A stretch of 63,100 bases of DNA, counting the filler, from Collodictyon triciliatum (lineage: Eukaryota): NCBI GenBank assembly GCA_043381765.1. It is 6 parts of 6 records of this genome, joined end to end, with 100 filler letters (N's around TTAATTAATTAA, not from the genome) between each part and the next. Parts side by side here need not be neighbours in the genome. Positions count along the whole stretch, not along the records: positions 17,521 to 29,067 come from JBHJMP010002378.1; positions 29,168 to 40,714 come from JBHJMP010002379.1; 4 more parts are not named here. The stretch is one strand, 5' to 3'. Shown one piece after another: positions 26,570 through 37,659 of the stretch (positions within the stretch are counted from its first letter, which is position 1; each line of letters starts with the position of its first letter). Made by a program: the position numbers and the translations under genes. Under the pieces are notes generated by a model. The model was not told the origin of the DNA. It did not search any database and saw only the letters and a list, made by a program, of their open reading frames with translations.

Positions 26570-29067
26570 CTTTACACAGCGCTGGGCTGTAAACTAACCG
26601 TCGATAAGCAATCACAACATCACAGAGATTCGAGGGGGATGGACTGTCCGGATCGGTGTTGCTGCCTGTGCCTGGTCTGCTTGGTCGGTTGGCTAGTTAG
26701 CGAGGCCTGAGGTAGCTTTGGGATGAAGTATGAGCCTAGTCCGATGGATTGATTGTCCTCATTTAAAGCACCCGAGCAAATAGCCTAATACCATAACTGG
26801 AATTGATGAAAACGCAGCTGTCTTCATTAAGGAGGGGTCGTTTAAGCTCCTCAATCACCAATTCACTCCCATGCCAGCAAAAATTGTCACAAAGGTTGCG
26901 CACCTGTCTAACATACCGCGAGGGTCAACTGGACTGACATTTTTAAGGCCTGCAGCGAATACTTCACCCCAATCAAAGTCAACTGGACAAAGCCTGGAGG
27001 AATATGCATGAATGATGCACTCGTTACATATGACAAAGAACAGGAAGAATTGGGGATAATACCTACCTTTTTCGTCATTCATGGTAGACGCTGTCGCGTG
27101 GATATACGCGCCCTCAAAGAGTCTGACATCCCATCAACTCTCCCCAACAAAGAAGGGAATGGTACACAAGGTCAAACCACAAACCACAAAAACAACTGCT
27201 GCCAAGACGACCACCACCAAACAAGCGGCCACCAACAAACAAAACACCGCCACTCGCTTCTCAGGCTTCAACACAAAAGTAGTCGACTTTAGCGCTAAAG
27301 ACTGGCCAACCGTGCAGGAATCGTCTGTGCAAAACAAGCTCAGAGCCCAACAACAAGGCCAAAGGCAACACGCGTCGTCCTCTAATGCCAGAGGGAGAAA
27401 TCGTGACAATAAACCCGTCGATGAAGTGCTCGAAGTCTCAATCAAGACAAAGTATATGAACAGCCCCAAAATCAGGAGATGGATATCGAAATGATGGACG
27501 AAACACCAGGCGATTTTCCCGAAAGTGCTTCATCAAGTTCACCAGTGAAAATGGAGAAAGCAGTAGAAATGGTGGAATGGCTTCAAAGTGGAGGAAACAT
27601 CGCATGCCTCCAAGATTTCCAACATCCCCAAGCCGATGATATCTCACCAAGCTCTACTTCAAATCATGGAGAGGATGCCGAGGAAAGGGAAATCCAAGCC
27701 ACTCGGTAACAGAATCGGGAAACAGCATAATGGCACCCAGCAAACCACACCCACCAGCCTCCTTAGAGGTCATGACTCCTGGGACCACTCAAGAGACTCT
27801 TTCTTCAGCAAGTACTGCGCAATCCATAACAAACAACGTCCCAGACTCGGGATTGGAAGAACAATAGTCCATCCAACCTGTCGTCATCATAGAAGGTTCT
27901 GCTGAAGAAGAAAGCGAGCACCTTGAAGCTTCGGGAACGACAAATTACTCCTCAAGTACTGTTTATGGGAGCAGACCTGCTGTCGAAACTCTTGCGGCTC
28001 CCAGCGGGAAACGGCTTCCAATGCAAGAAAAGAACCGTAGACGAATATAAAACACCGGTTACTCATCCTGCAATCACTGGCGCACCAAAAAATATCGAAA
28101 CCGTCGAAGATAAAGCCTCGCCCGATGAAAAGAGAATGAATCAGTCAAGTACGCCAAGGAATATAGCGAGCCAGAAAGCAAATCAGAATGAAAGTGGAAA
28201 CATGGATGGCCCTGTCTACCGCGTGGATGAGGGGGAAAAATTGGAACCGAGGGTTGCTAGTGACCAACAGAGTGCATCTCCCAACACACCAGCTACAAAG
28301 GGGTTGCAGCCCAAAGCCCAAGACCATACGACAAATCCTGGCCGAACCGCGAGCAATTATAACACTGGCCAAATGAAAGACAAATCGAGCAAACCATCCC
28401 GCTCTGAGCAACCCAGCTCCAGCGGAGAGGGCCAATCACCGGAGGCTACGGTCTCCAAAAGCCAATAGACTACTTATGCGTTTTAACGTTCTGTCGTGGA
28501 AAGTTAGGGGGACTAACGGCCAAAAAAGAAAAGAGGCTCTAATCACTGCTCTTTTCTCTCACGCAGATATCATCTGCCTCCAAGAAACATGGCTCAGCCC
28601 TGACAATCAAACCAACAACGAAATATGGAAAAGTCCACAAATGTGTTTCTGTGACGATAATCAACAGACTTGCAGGTGTAGCGTTTTTATGCAAGAAATT
28701 GATAGCCAAACTCAATCCTCGCTTCAGAGAGATTATTCCCGGCCGCTGCATAAGTCTCGATATCTAAATCGATGGAGCCGACACTTGCATAATAACAACA
28801 TACATGTCGCTCCAAACAGCAGGTTCAAATACTAGAATACACGAGTATGAGCTTATCTCTAAGGAGATGGAGTCTGCGAAACATATCATCATTTGTGGAC
28901 ACTTCAACGCTCTTATTGATGCCAGCGCCGAGTGGTCTGGGTCTTCGACACGCAATGACAAACTTTTTGTCGACTGGACAATCAGGCACAAGCTGCAAGA
29001 CCCTTGGAAGACGCTCAATCCTCACTCTCTAGGAGCAACGTGTAGAAGACATATAAAAAGCGGCTTC
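26570..29067 (+). mobile_element. Decayed L1/Tx1-like non-LTR retrotransposon, 5' part: ORF1 plus ORF2 APE endonuclease, cut by contig end
   Basis: ORF2 from 28476: MRFNVLSWKVRG..DIICLQETW..HIIICGHFNA..LQDPWKTLNP (APE motifs, frameshifted). Upstream frameshifted intronless ORF1 includes VAHLSNIPRG..IPTFFVIHGRRCRV, typical of L1/Tx1 ORF1. The 5' boundary is approximate. Confidence 0.85.
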
Positions 29068-29167
29068 NNNNNNNNNNNNNNNNNNNNNNNNNNNNNNNNN
29101 NNNNNNNNNNNTTAATTAATTAANNNNNNNNNNNNNNNNNNNNNNNNNNNNNNNNNNNNNNNNNNNN
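29068..29167. other. Artificial contig linker
   Basis: N44-TTAATTAATTAA-N44. Confidence 0.97.
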
Positions 29168-29480
29168 TCGTGCAATACAGCTTCCTGAACAGTCTGCTGA
29201 AACACGCTCGCATTCTTCGCTACTCTGACCGCAAGCGAAGAGAGATGTGGGAATGTGTCGTAAGATTTCTCTCACAGTACATCCAACCCCTGCTACCCAC
29301 ACAACCAATCAACCAGTTGGGACGCCCGCCTGACAAACTTGCTATCACTGATTTATTTCCAGTGCTAGCCCTCTTCACAGTAGTGTCTTCTCCTACTCGC
29401 GTTTGCTCTCTACCATATGCACCTATCTCATCTCTGTATGGAATATTCATGTGTACGTTGGATAAGACATAAATAAAATT
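29168..29480 (+). mobile_element. Possible 3' end of a non-LTR element
   Basis: Intronless 100-codon open frame at the contig start, ending at a stop overlapping AATAAA. Weakly similar to 25990-26114 (-). No diagnostic motif. Confidence 0.3.
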
Positions 29481-29811
29481 GAAACCAAGGCAAAGGAGCA
29501 AAAAAAAGCAAAACAGAAGACATAGCCCGATGGGGCTGTGCCAACACAGCAAGAAGGACAAACCAGACGTATAACCCAGCCTCACAAGGATAGAACCCAA
29601 AACCTCATCTTCTCATAGACGACAATAGGATGATTATCATTAATTTTTTAAAAAAACAATATATATCCAGAACAAAGTATCAACTATTGCAATATTAAAT
29701 AAAAGGTTGCGATGGCAACATTTTATCTGACGGGAGTTGGTTTTATTCGCAAGGTTGGGTCATAGAATGGTTATTATTTCTTTGACCAGCAACACTTCAG
29801 CGAGAAGAGGT

Positions 29812-29925
29812 TTATAGAGATTTGTGGACGATGAGGACTTGGTTTTGGGAGATTGTCATGACGTACTCCGAGTCGGCGTATGCAACTGCAATGTATTCAA
29901 GCGATGTTGCTTTTACAAACAAAAC

Positions 29926-29991
<66 letters not shown>

Positions 29992-31156
29992 GAAAAAAAA
30001 AAAAAGCCGAGATCAAGAAAACTGAACAGAATTGATGTTTCATTAAAACGCCTTAAAAAAAGAAGTTCTATTATTATTGTAATTATTATTTTCTTATTAA
30101 CCAAATCTTGCCTGTTATTCTTTTAAAGGAGTCTGACTTCATCAACAATCCGTTTGTGTCCACAATCATGTTAAAGAGGTTCTGGGCCATCAGCTCGTTT
30201 CCTTCGAGGGATCCAGATGACTAGGACATCAAACATATATTATAGAGAATTCATGAAAGGATGCTTTGTTGTGTTCGCTTGGCTATGTCATCTTCCTCAA
30301 AATCATGAATACAAAATGATGAATGAGTAAACCTAGAAAAAGGTGGGGACGACCCTGAACTCTCAGGGAAAGATTCATGAGAGTATGAAAATGACTGAGG
30401 CATATGATCGGCTTACATCAAGGAGAACCCCTTGATCGTTCAGAGTCATAGTTCCCTTCTGCTTCGGAATGGCTTTCAAGTCAATTTCAGAGGCCTATTG
30501 CAGTTTGTAGCTTCAATAAATAGTCGCCAACAGCATTTAAGTTGGTCCTCTCATCCCTCCAAAGTCCAAACTCTGGTGTATGATCGACCTTTCAAAGGCG
30601 ACTGTCTTCTTTTTGTCAATAAAACAAAACAAGACAAGACAAAGAAAGGAAAAGAAAAACACGAGGATAATAATAATTATAATAATAAAAACAATATGCA
30701 AGAGATCTCGGAGTTATTCTTCGGATATCAGTCTAATTCTAAGAAAGCATCGAGCCAAACTCCTTAACAAAATTTCAACAACAGAAAAGAAAAGAAAAGA
30801 AAAGAAAAGAAAAGAAAAGAAAAGAAAAGAAAAGAAAAGAAAAGAAAAGAAAAGAAAAGAAAAGAAAATTTCAACAGAAAAGAGAAGAGAAAGGAAAAGA
30901 AAGAAACGAAATGAAGTCGAACGAACTTAGTACAAAGACTACACCATAGCAATCATTATAGTAATATTCACGATACTCGTCCTCAACTCGCCACAAGCAA
31001 AGCCCACACAAGTACCTTATTATCCCACACAAACGCAAGAGAATATAAAAAAAAATCAAAAAATCAAAAAATCAAAAAAAAGAAAAAAAAGAAAAAAAAG
31101 AAAAAAAAGAACCAGCCGAAAGAAGGACAGAACAATGTGCCAGGGAGACTCACCAT
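29812..31156 (-). CDS. LAMTOR4: Ragulator complex subunit LAMTOR4 (87 aa, 4 exons)
   Basis: Exons 31156-31154 (ATG only), 30494-30417, 30220-30112 and 29885-29812 give MASEIDLKAIPKQKGTMTLNDQGVLLDSSGSLEGNELMAQNLFNMIVDTNGLLMKSDSFKRITVAYADSEYVMTISQNQVLIVHKSL*. This matches the LAMTOR4 pattern L..IP.Q.G..L..G..L.SSG.LE..E..A and FKR..V. Confidence 0.88.
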
Positions 31157-31680
31157 TGGACGGAGATATTATATCTGCCTTTGCAGTCTGTTCGTTGGCG
31201 TCCGAGTGGGTTCTGCCGGCAAACCTGCATGTCTCGATCAGTTGCTCGCTTCCCTCTCGTCCTCAACACTCCGCCGCCTCTGATTTGGGCTCTGCCACAA
31301 ACGCTTCTGATCGGGTCTTTGTCTTTGCGTCTTGATCGCGTTGCGACTTTCAGGTTCACCTCGCTTCGATTTTTCTATATCTGGAATACAGAGAAACTGG
31401 GTGAAATAAGGAAAGGATTCGACATTTAGGTCTTGAGTCCAGAGTTCTAAGTCGGTGGTGGAGGTGGTGGTGGTGTGATTCCGTCTGTTTTGATCAAAGC
31501 GCGCTTGATTTGCCCCGATTCACCCTGTGTTTCTTGCGCAATAGGCCTTCGCCATTTCATTCTTTTCCTCTTTCCTAGCGGCCCAACATGCTCTTGCTTT
31601 TTAAATACTTGGTCGACTCGTTATTTTGTCCCACTACTTATCATTTCCCCGTTTTTAACAATATACTCCTTGTATTCGTC

Positions 31681-31713
<33 letters not shown>

Positions 31714-31811
31714 CACGCCGAAACAGCTTCCTTCTTTCTGTCTTATTGCAAAAAAAAACAAAAAACAAAAAACAATCCTCTGTTTCTCCTTTCCCATAGC
31801 AAAACAGACAA
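31157..31811. promoter_or_regulatory. Divergent (putative bidirectional) promoter region between LAMTOR4 and PFDN3
   Basis: Head-to-head start codons about 650 nt apart on one contig. Inferred from arrangement only. Confidence 0.5.
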
Positions 31812-33562
31812 ATGGCCTCGCCTTCACAAGCCGATCTTCCTGACAACAATCCACGCGGTATCCCACGCGCTCGCTTTGTGGTTTGTGAATATTCACGTCC
31901 TCCCGTTTCACTCTGCACTTGGCCAGTTCTCCCAAAGCCTTGATTGTTTGGGCGTTCTTCTGTGCTTATGTCCGCTTTATAGTCACTACCTCTCTTTTTA
32001 TTATCATTATTCTTATTATTGCCGTTTTATTTTTGCCTGATCTATTTCTTTAAGCTTGCCCTATTTTCTTCAGTGTTTTGGTCGATGTGTCCGAGCTTGG
32101 TTTCTTCCTTCATTAATCATACACCTTTTAATATAAAGGTGAGCTTTTCCTTTTTAATTTTATTTTATTTTTTAAAACGAACATAATAGGAAAATCTTGA
32201 CGTTTTTCTGGCCAGTGAGGAAAGTGCCGACCATGCCCTGAAAAAAATGCAGGAGCTCTACGGGTATTGACACCTGTTGTCTTCTTTGCTTTCGTTGCTT
32301 TCGTTGCTTTACATTCTTCTCATTCTTCCCATTCTTTTCTTTCTTCTCATTCTTCTCATTCTTCTCATTCTTCTCATTCTTCTCATTCTTCTCATTCTTC
32401 TCATTCTTCTCATTCTTCTCATTCTTTTCTTTGCGGACCCATGTTCAGTGTGTAGTAAATCCGAGAAGATTGTATGTGCACCTCCTCATTTTCTGATCTA
32501 CCACACTTCCCAACCCCCCCCCCCCCCCCCCAAAAAAAAAAAAGGAAGAAATGAAGAGAAATGTTAAAATGGTTGAATGACGTGCGTACTAGAAAGTACA
32601 AATTGATGGAAGGACAGTTAGCGCAGAAGAAGAAGGCTTTGAAGCAAAAAATTCCCGAGATTGCAAAATCTCTGGATTCTGTAAAGCTTCTAAAATCCAA
32701 AAAGGTTCATTTTGGTGCATACATTTATCAAGCACAGCCCTGTTAGAATTATTCCCAATGCGTTGATACCTACGTATATATCTTGTTTATATACATCGTT
32801 CTATTGAAGCATTTAATCACTCTTACACCAGGAGGAAGCGGAAGCCATCCAGTCCACTTTTTCTTTGTCTGACAACGTTTTTGCCCACGCCGAAATCGAG
32901 CCCTCGAACGACGCTGTGTGTCTCTGGCTAGGCGTGAGTAATTTGAATTGTTGTGTCAATAACTATGCTGTATTTCTGTTGTTCCTATGTGATTGACAAC
33001 ATGCTTCAAAACTGCAAGATATAACCCGTCAAACAATTGCCAAATATATATAACTTTGCAGGCGAATGTCATGGTGGAGTACTCCTACGATGAAGCAATC
33101 ACTCTTTTGGAGAGTAACAAGACAAAATCCCAACAAGTCCTCACCATCACAGAAGAGGACCTTGTTTTTTTGAAAGACCAAATCACCACCACGGAAGTCA
33201 GTATCCTGAATTAAAACTAATTTGAATGGATGCTACGCATCCACTTTTTTTTAATTTTATTTATCCTTCGTTTTTTTTCCAAGGTTGACGATTTGTTGCC
33301 ACACGTAAGTTTTTTTTTTTTTGATGTTATAGCTTTTTTTCTTTATTTCCTTTATTCAATTCAAGGGAAGAAATGGGTTTATTTTTGTTTGTTTTTTTAC
33401 AGTCCGACGTAATTTGATGTTATTGGTTATTATCCCATGTAATATTTTACTTTGACCCAAAAAAAAAAAAAAGACATTGCTCGAATTTACAACCACGATG
33501 TCAAACTCCGCCGTGCCCAAAAGGCTTCAGCCTCCAGCGCCTCGTCGTCTGCCTCCTCTTAA
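31812..33562 (+). CDS. PFDN3: Prefoldin subunit 3 (VBP1), 6 exons
   Basis: NPRGIPRARFV|EN..KYKLME..LKQKIPEIAKSL..VCLWLG|ANVMVEYSYDEAITLL..DLVFLKDQITTTEV|NIARIYNHDV are hallmark PFDN3 motifs. Confidence 0.95.
32314..32425. repeat. Intronic (TTCTCATTC)n 9-mer repeat
   Basis: Directly visible. Confidence 0.9.
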
Positions 33563-34288
33563 TATTATTCATGAAGATGACCCTTTTCGAATAATAAAAC
33601 TGAAAAATCGAAGCCCGCCAAATACTCTCCGTAGGTGTCAAGCACCAAGGGAATCATTTTCTTGTAAGCCACTCTAATTTTGCCCTGGGATGAGTGACAG
33701 CAATCTTATTGATCCAAGTAGTCTAGAAGCGAATGGTAGCGAGTCGGCCATGAAAACGTCCCCACTGGTTGATTGGCTGCATGGACAACAAAGAATAAAT
33801 ATGAGATGATATCCTGTCAATCCAACAAAGAATTGCGTAAGGCTAGAGTCACATGGGAACAGTGGATATTTCGCGTTTCAAAAGACAAACCAAGGTTCGT
33901 CGCATCAGCGGTTTCGGTCTGTATTAAATAAGCTTCTTGCCCAAGCTTATCGAAAAGGAGATAGAAACACATCTAATGCGAACTGAATGCCGCCTGATGA
34001 ATAGGAAGACAGAGCCGGCCCGGAACGTTATCACGCGCTTGGAGGATATGAAATGAGGGAAACAAGGAAAGATTCTATGTATCTGTACCTGATGCAATAG
34101 CTTTCATATTAATAATATGAAATATATATATCAAATAAATTTTATCGATAAGTATGGCAGAATAGGTATATTTATTGGACATATGCAATTACAATATATA
34201 TTCCAATAATATTATGCCATATTAAATTTAAATTGCCAGCAAATGTGGAATGCGCGCATGTTACCGTTGCTTCACTGCCAGCCGTGGG

Positions 34289-34294
34289 TATAAA
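34289..34294 (+). promoter_or_regulatory. Candidate TATA box
   Basis: TATAAA about 135 nt upstream of the ATG at 34427, with a probable 5'-UTR intron in between. Confidence 0.4.
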
Positions 34295-34426
34295 CACAGG
34301 CTCGTTCCATCAGCTTTCCTACAATCCAAAAATTCAACCGTCTAGGTCTTGAGATATAGTCACATCATGACTCAGTACACTTCTAAACCACATCTGTCAC
34401 TTGCAGGAAGCCTCCTGAATCCCACC

Positions 34427-35049
34427 ATGTGCTACGGCCGCACCTTCATCACAGACCGCACCCAACCGAACGAGCACCACACACCTGTCAGCCCCACTGA
34501 CGTTTCGCCTGACGAGGCCATCGACCAAATCGACATTCGCGTCACAAACAGCGAAGGCTTTGCCATCTTCATAGATTCGTTCACCGAGTAAGTCGGCCGC
34601 TGGGTGGGTGGAACCTCCCTCCATAGCAGACTTGAACAGCATTTCCCCTTCATCACACTTGCGATGCGTTTCTCTGACCCTATTCTGTCCACTAAATAAC
34701 CCCAAACAAACCACAAAGCCAGGGTTACTTTGTGCCTCGATTGCTATATTTCTTTCCTCTTCGTTTCCTAACTGCGAACATCTTATAATGTCAAAGTTTC
34801 ACTCATGCTCACCCGAACGGCAGAATATCGACATCTATGTGCATGGATACGCACGAGGCCGCACTGGACTTGTCCAACATGCCGGAGCACCTTCCGCCTG
34901 TCGGTCAGATCACAGTGCAGGTCTCTCTGGCCAACGGAGACGGCTCAACCTACTCCACTGGTTATAATCTGTCTCCGTACGCCGGAGACGAACTTCTTGA
35001 GCTGAATTACTATCCCTCGTTTCGCAGGATTGGCCAGGTTTCTGCATAG
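34427..35049 (+). CDS. Small acidic orphan protein, 128 aa, 2 exons
   Basis: CACCATG start. Exon 34427-34587, intron gtaagt..cggcag and exon 34824-35049 join in frame: MCYGRTFITDRTQ..IDIRVTNSEGFAIFIDSFTEISTSMC..VGQITVQVSLANGDGSTYSTGYNL..SA*. Confidence 0.7.
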
Positions 35050-36349
35050 ATAATAGTATACTCGATGGTGTTATATCTTTTATTTAATGTACTCCGTGGT
35101 TCGATGCCTTCCATCTTATCCAGTCACAAACAGATGAGGTCCTAAACATGTATCACACACGCGCACACTCATTCAGGCTTTTGGCTTCTGCCTCACACTC
35201 CGGGGGTTTGTGACTGCAGGCGGCGAAACAATTTTCTATGGGAACAAGCTGAATGTTTTCCACCCGCGACTGGCATTGCTTCGAGACACGCCTCTCCGTT
35301 CTAACTCCCACCCATGTGTCATCAACAGAATATGATATATCGCACCAAATCATTCTATACTCATTCAACCATATATAATTGCAAAACACCATACGCGTGC
35401 GATGTTAACCTGATTGCATGTAATATTATGAATGACCGAGTGAAACAAAAAAGAATATATTATGACTCAGTGCCTGTCCTGGCAACAAAAATCTCACCCT
35501 GGTTTTGTCTTCTGTTTGATGATGCCTAGATTACAGGACCTGCTTGTGCGCGACAATCTCGGCCATTCAGCAACATTCCCAGATAGATTTCTATTACCGA
35601 GCCAGAGAGTAATTTCCAATGGATTGCACAACACTTCAACTATTCCAATAAAAAAAAACCACATATCCTATGAGGTTGCGTCGCAGGGCCGAAAATTATA
35701 GCATTTGCCGTGTTTGGTTGAAAGATTGGCCCCATTTTTACTGTCGAGTCCTAACAACCCTAGTATAGATTCCTCCAGCGTTGCATACAGAGACGTTGCT
35801 GGATGTCCCATATAGACTCATGGCTGGAAAAGGCGCCGTAGTAACATATTCTTCCTCTCTTTCTTGAGCTTATAAAAGAGGAATCCAGGCAGTTGCACAA
35901 ATGACTTTCTGTCCCTGGTGGGATGCTATAGGAAAATGTCTACGATTCGTGGATACCAGTGCATCTCTCAGACTACAGGTTGTTTCTCTTGTTTTATTTG
36001 ACACTACAGCGAAGCATATGCTCATGGAGATTGTATGTGTGTTATGCAGGACATCAAGGTAACTGTTTATGGTCACGTAGTGGCAAATTAGCGATGGAAA
36101 GGAAAGAAATGAAATGAATGGGGTTTAATATAGAGCCACTTCTCTTTATGGCGTCACTTGAGAATAGAAAATTGTCCACGAATCTTCCGGGAAATGAAGA
36201 GTCCGTGAAGACTTGAATAATCATGAACTAATCTAAATTTGAGAGTAAATCGTTGGTGTCATTGTCGATTAGAATGGTGCGAAAGCTTACTTTCAAAAAC
36301 CGGCAGCCTTTACAAAAACTACCGGTGGCTGTGTGGTTGGTTATGTACA

Positions 36350-36952
36350 TACCTTCAGATTTGAACTCAGGGTTACGATAAACATCTTGAGTGTATGACG
36401 AGGCTCGTTTCGGTGGCGAGCGCAGAATCACATCATCAGTTGCGGCATCTGTTGTGTGATGCGGGAAGGCAGGTTAATTAATAAGGCCCAGAGCACTGTG
36501 AAAGTACAAAAATTACCATCGTTTTCTAAAATGGTGAAATGAAGAAGAAAAAGAGAAAAAGAAAAAGAAAAAGAAAAAGAAAAAGAAAAAGAAAAAGAAA
36601 AAGAAAAAAGAAAAAAGAAAAAGAAAAAAGAAAAAAGAAAAAAGAAAAAGAAAAAAGAAAAAGAAAAAAGAAAAAGAAAAAGAAAAAGAAAAAGAAAAAG
36701 AAAAAAGAAAAAAGAAAAAGAACGATAATTGATTCAATAAGTGCGTTCTTGGTAAGGTAAATTTTAATAAAATGCTGTCCGACCTTTGGAAGCTGTTTCA
36801 TGGGTGCCTGGTTTTATGTTTGAGAAATCATCTGTTTCTGAATATTGACTCTTTGGAGAGGCATTAGCGCGGATGAAGTCAAGAGTCCCGCGAGTGGGAG
36901 TCGAAACTCCATGAGATGATTCTGCCTCCGAATGATGATGATGATGATGATG
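36350..36952 (-). CDS. Low-complexity C-terminal exons, probably the tail of the alpha/beta-hydrolase gene
   Basis: HHHHHHSEAESSHGVSTPTRG..KPGTHETASK| and DAATDDVILRSPPKRASSY..KSE| with GT-AG borders. Separated from the hydrolase by an N gap. Confidence 0.45.
36548..36720. repeat. (AAAAAG)n-type repeat
   Basis: Directly visible. Confidence 0.93.
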
Positions 36953-37659
36953 NNNNNNNNNNNNNNNNNNNNNNNNNNNNNNNNNNNNNNNNNNNNNNNN
37001 NNNNNNNNNNNNNNNNNNNNNNNNNNNNNNNNNNNNNNNNNNNNNNNNNNNNNNNNNNNNNNNNNNNNNNNNNNNNNNNNNNNNNNNNNNNNNNNNNNNN
37101 NNNNNNNNNNNNNNNNNNNNNNNNNNNNNNNNNNNNNNNNNNNNNNNNNNNNNNNNNNNNNNNNNNNNNNNNNNNNNNNNNNNNNNNNNNNNNNNNNNNN
37201 NNNNNNNNNNNNNNNNNNNNNNNNNNNNNNNNNNNNNNNNNNNNNNNNNNNNNNNNNNNNNNNNNNNNNNNNNNNNNNNNNNNNNNNNNNNNNNNNNNNN
37301 NNNNNNNNNNNNNNNNNNNNNNNNNNNNNNNNNNNNNNNNNNNNNNNNNNNNNNNNNNNNNNNNNNNNNNNNNNNNNNNNNNNNNNNNNNNNNNNNNNNN
37401 NNNNNNNNNNNNNNNNNNNNNNNNNNNNNNNNNNNNNNNNNNNNNNNNNNNNNNNNNNNNNNNNNNNNNNNNNNNNNNNNNNNNNNNNNNNNNNNNNNNN
37501 NNNNNNNNNNNNNNNNNNNNNNNNNNNNNNNNNNNNNNNNNNNNNNNNNNNNNNNNNNNNNNNNNNNNNNNNNNNNNNNNNNNNNNNNNNNNNNNNNNNN
37601 NNNNNNNNNNNNNNNNNNNNNNNNNNNNNNNNNNNNNNNNNNNNNTTATTATCTAAGAC

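Noticed and set aside
28476..29480. One continuous LINE across the linker at 29068-29167
   Set aside because: Different contigs; the RT would be missing and the adjacency is artificial.
33990..34060. Hammerhead ribozyme suggested by CTGATGA
   Set aside because: No stem II followed by GAAA and no pairing for stems I and III.
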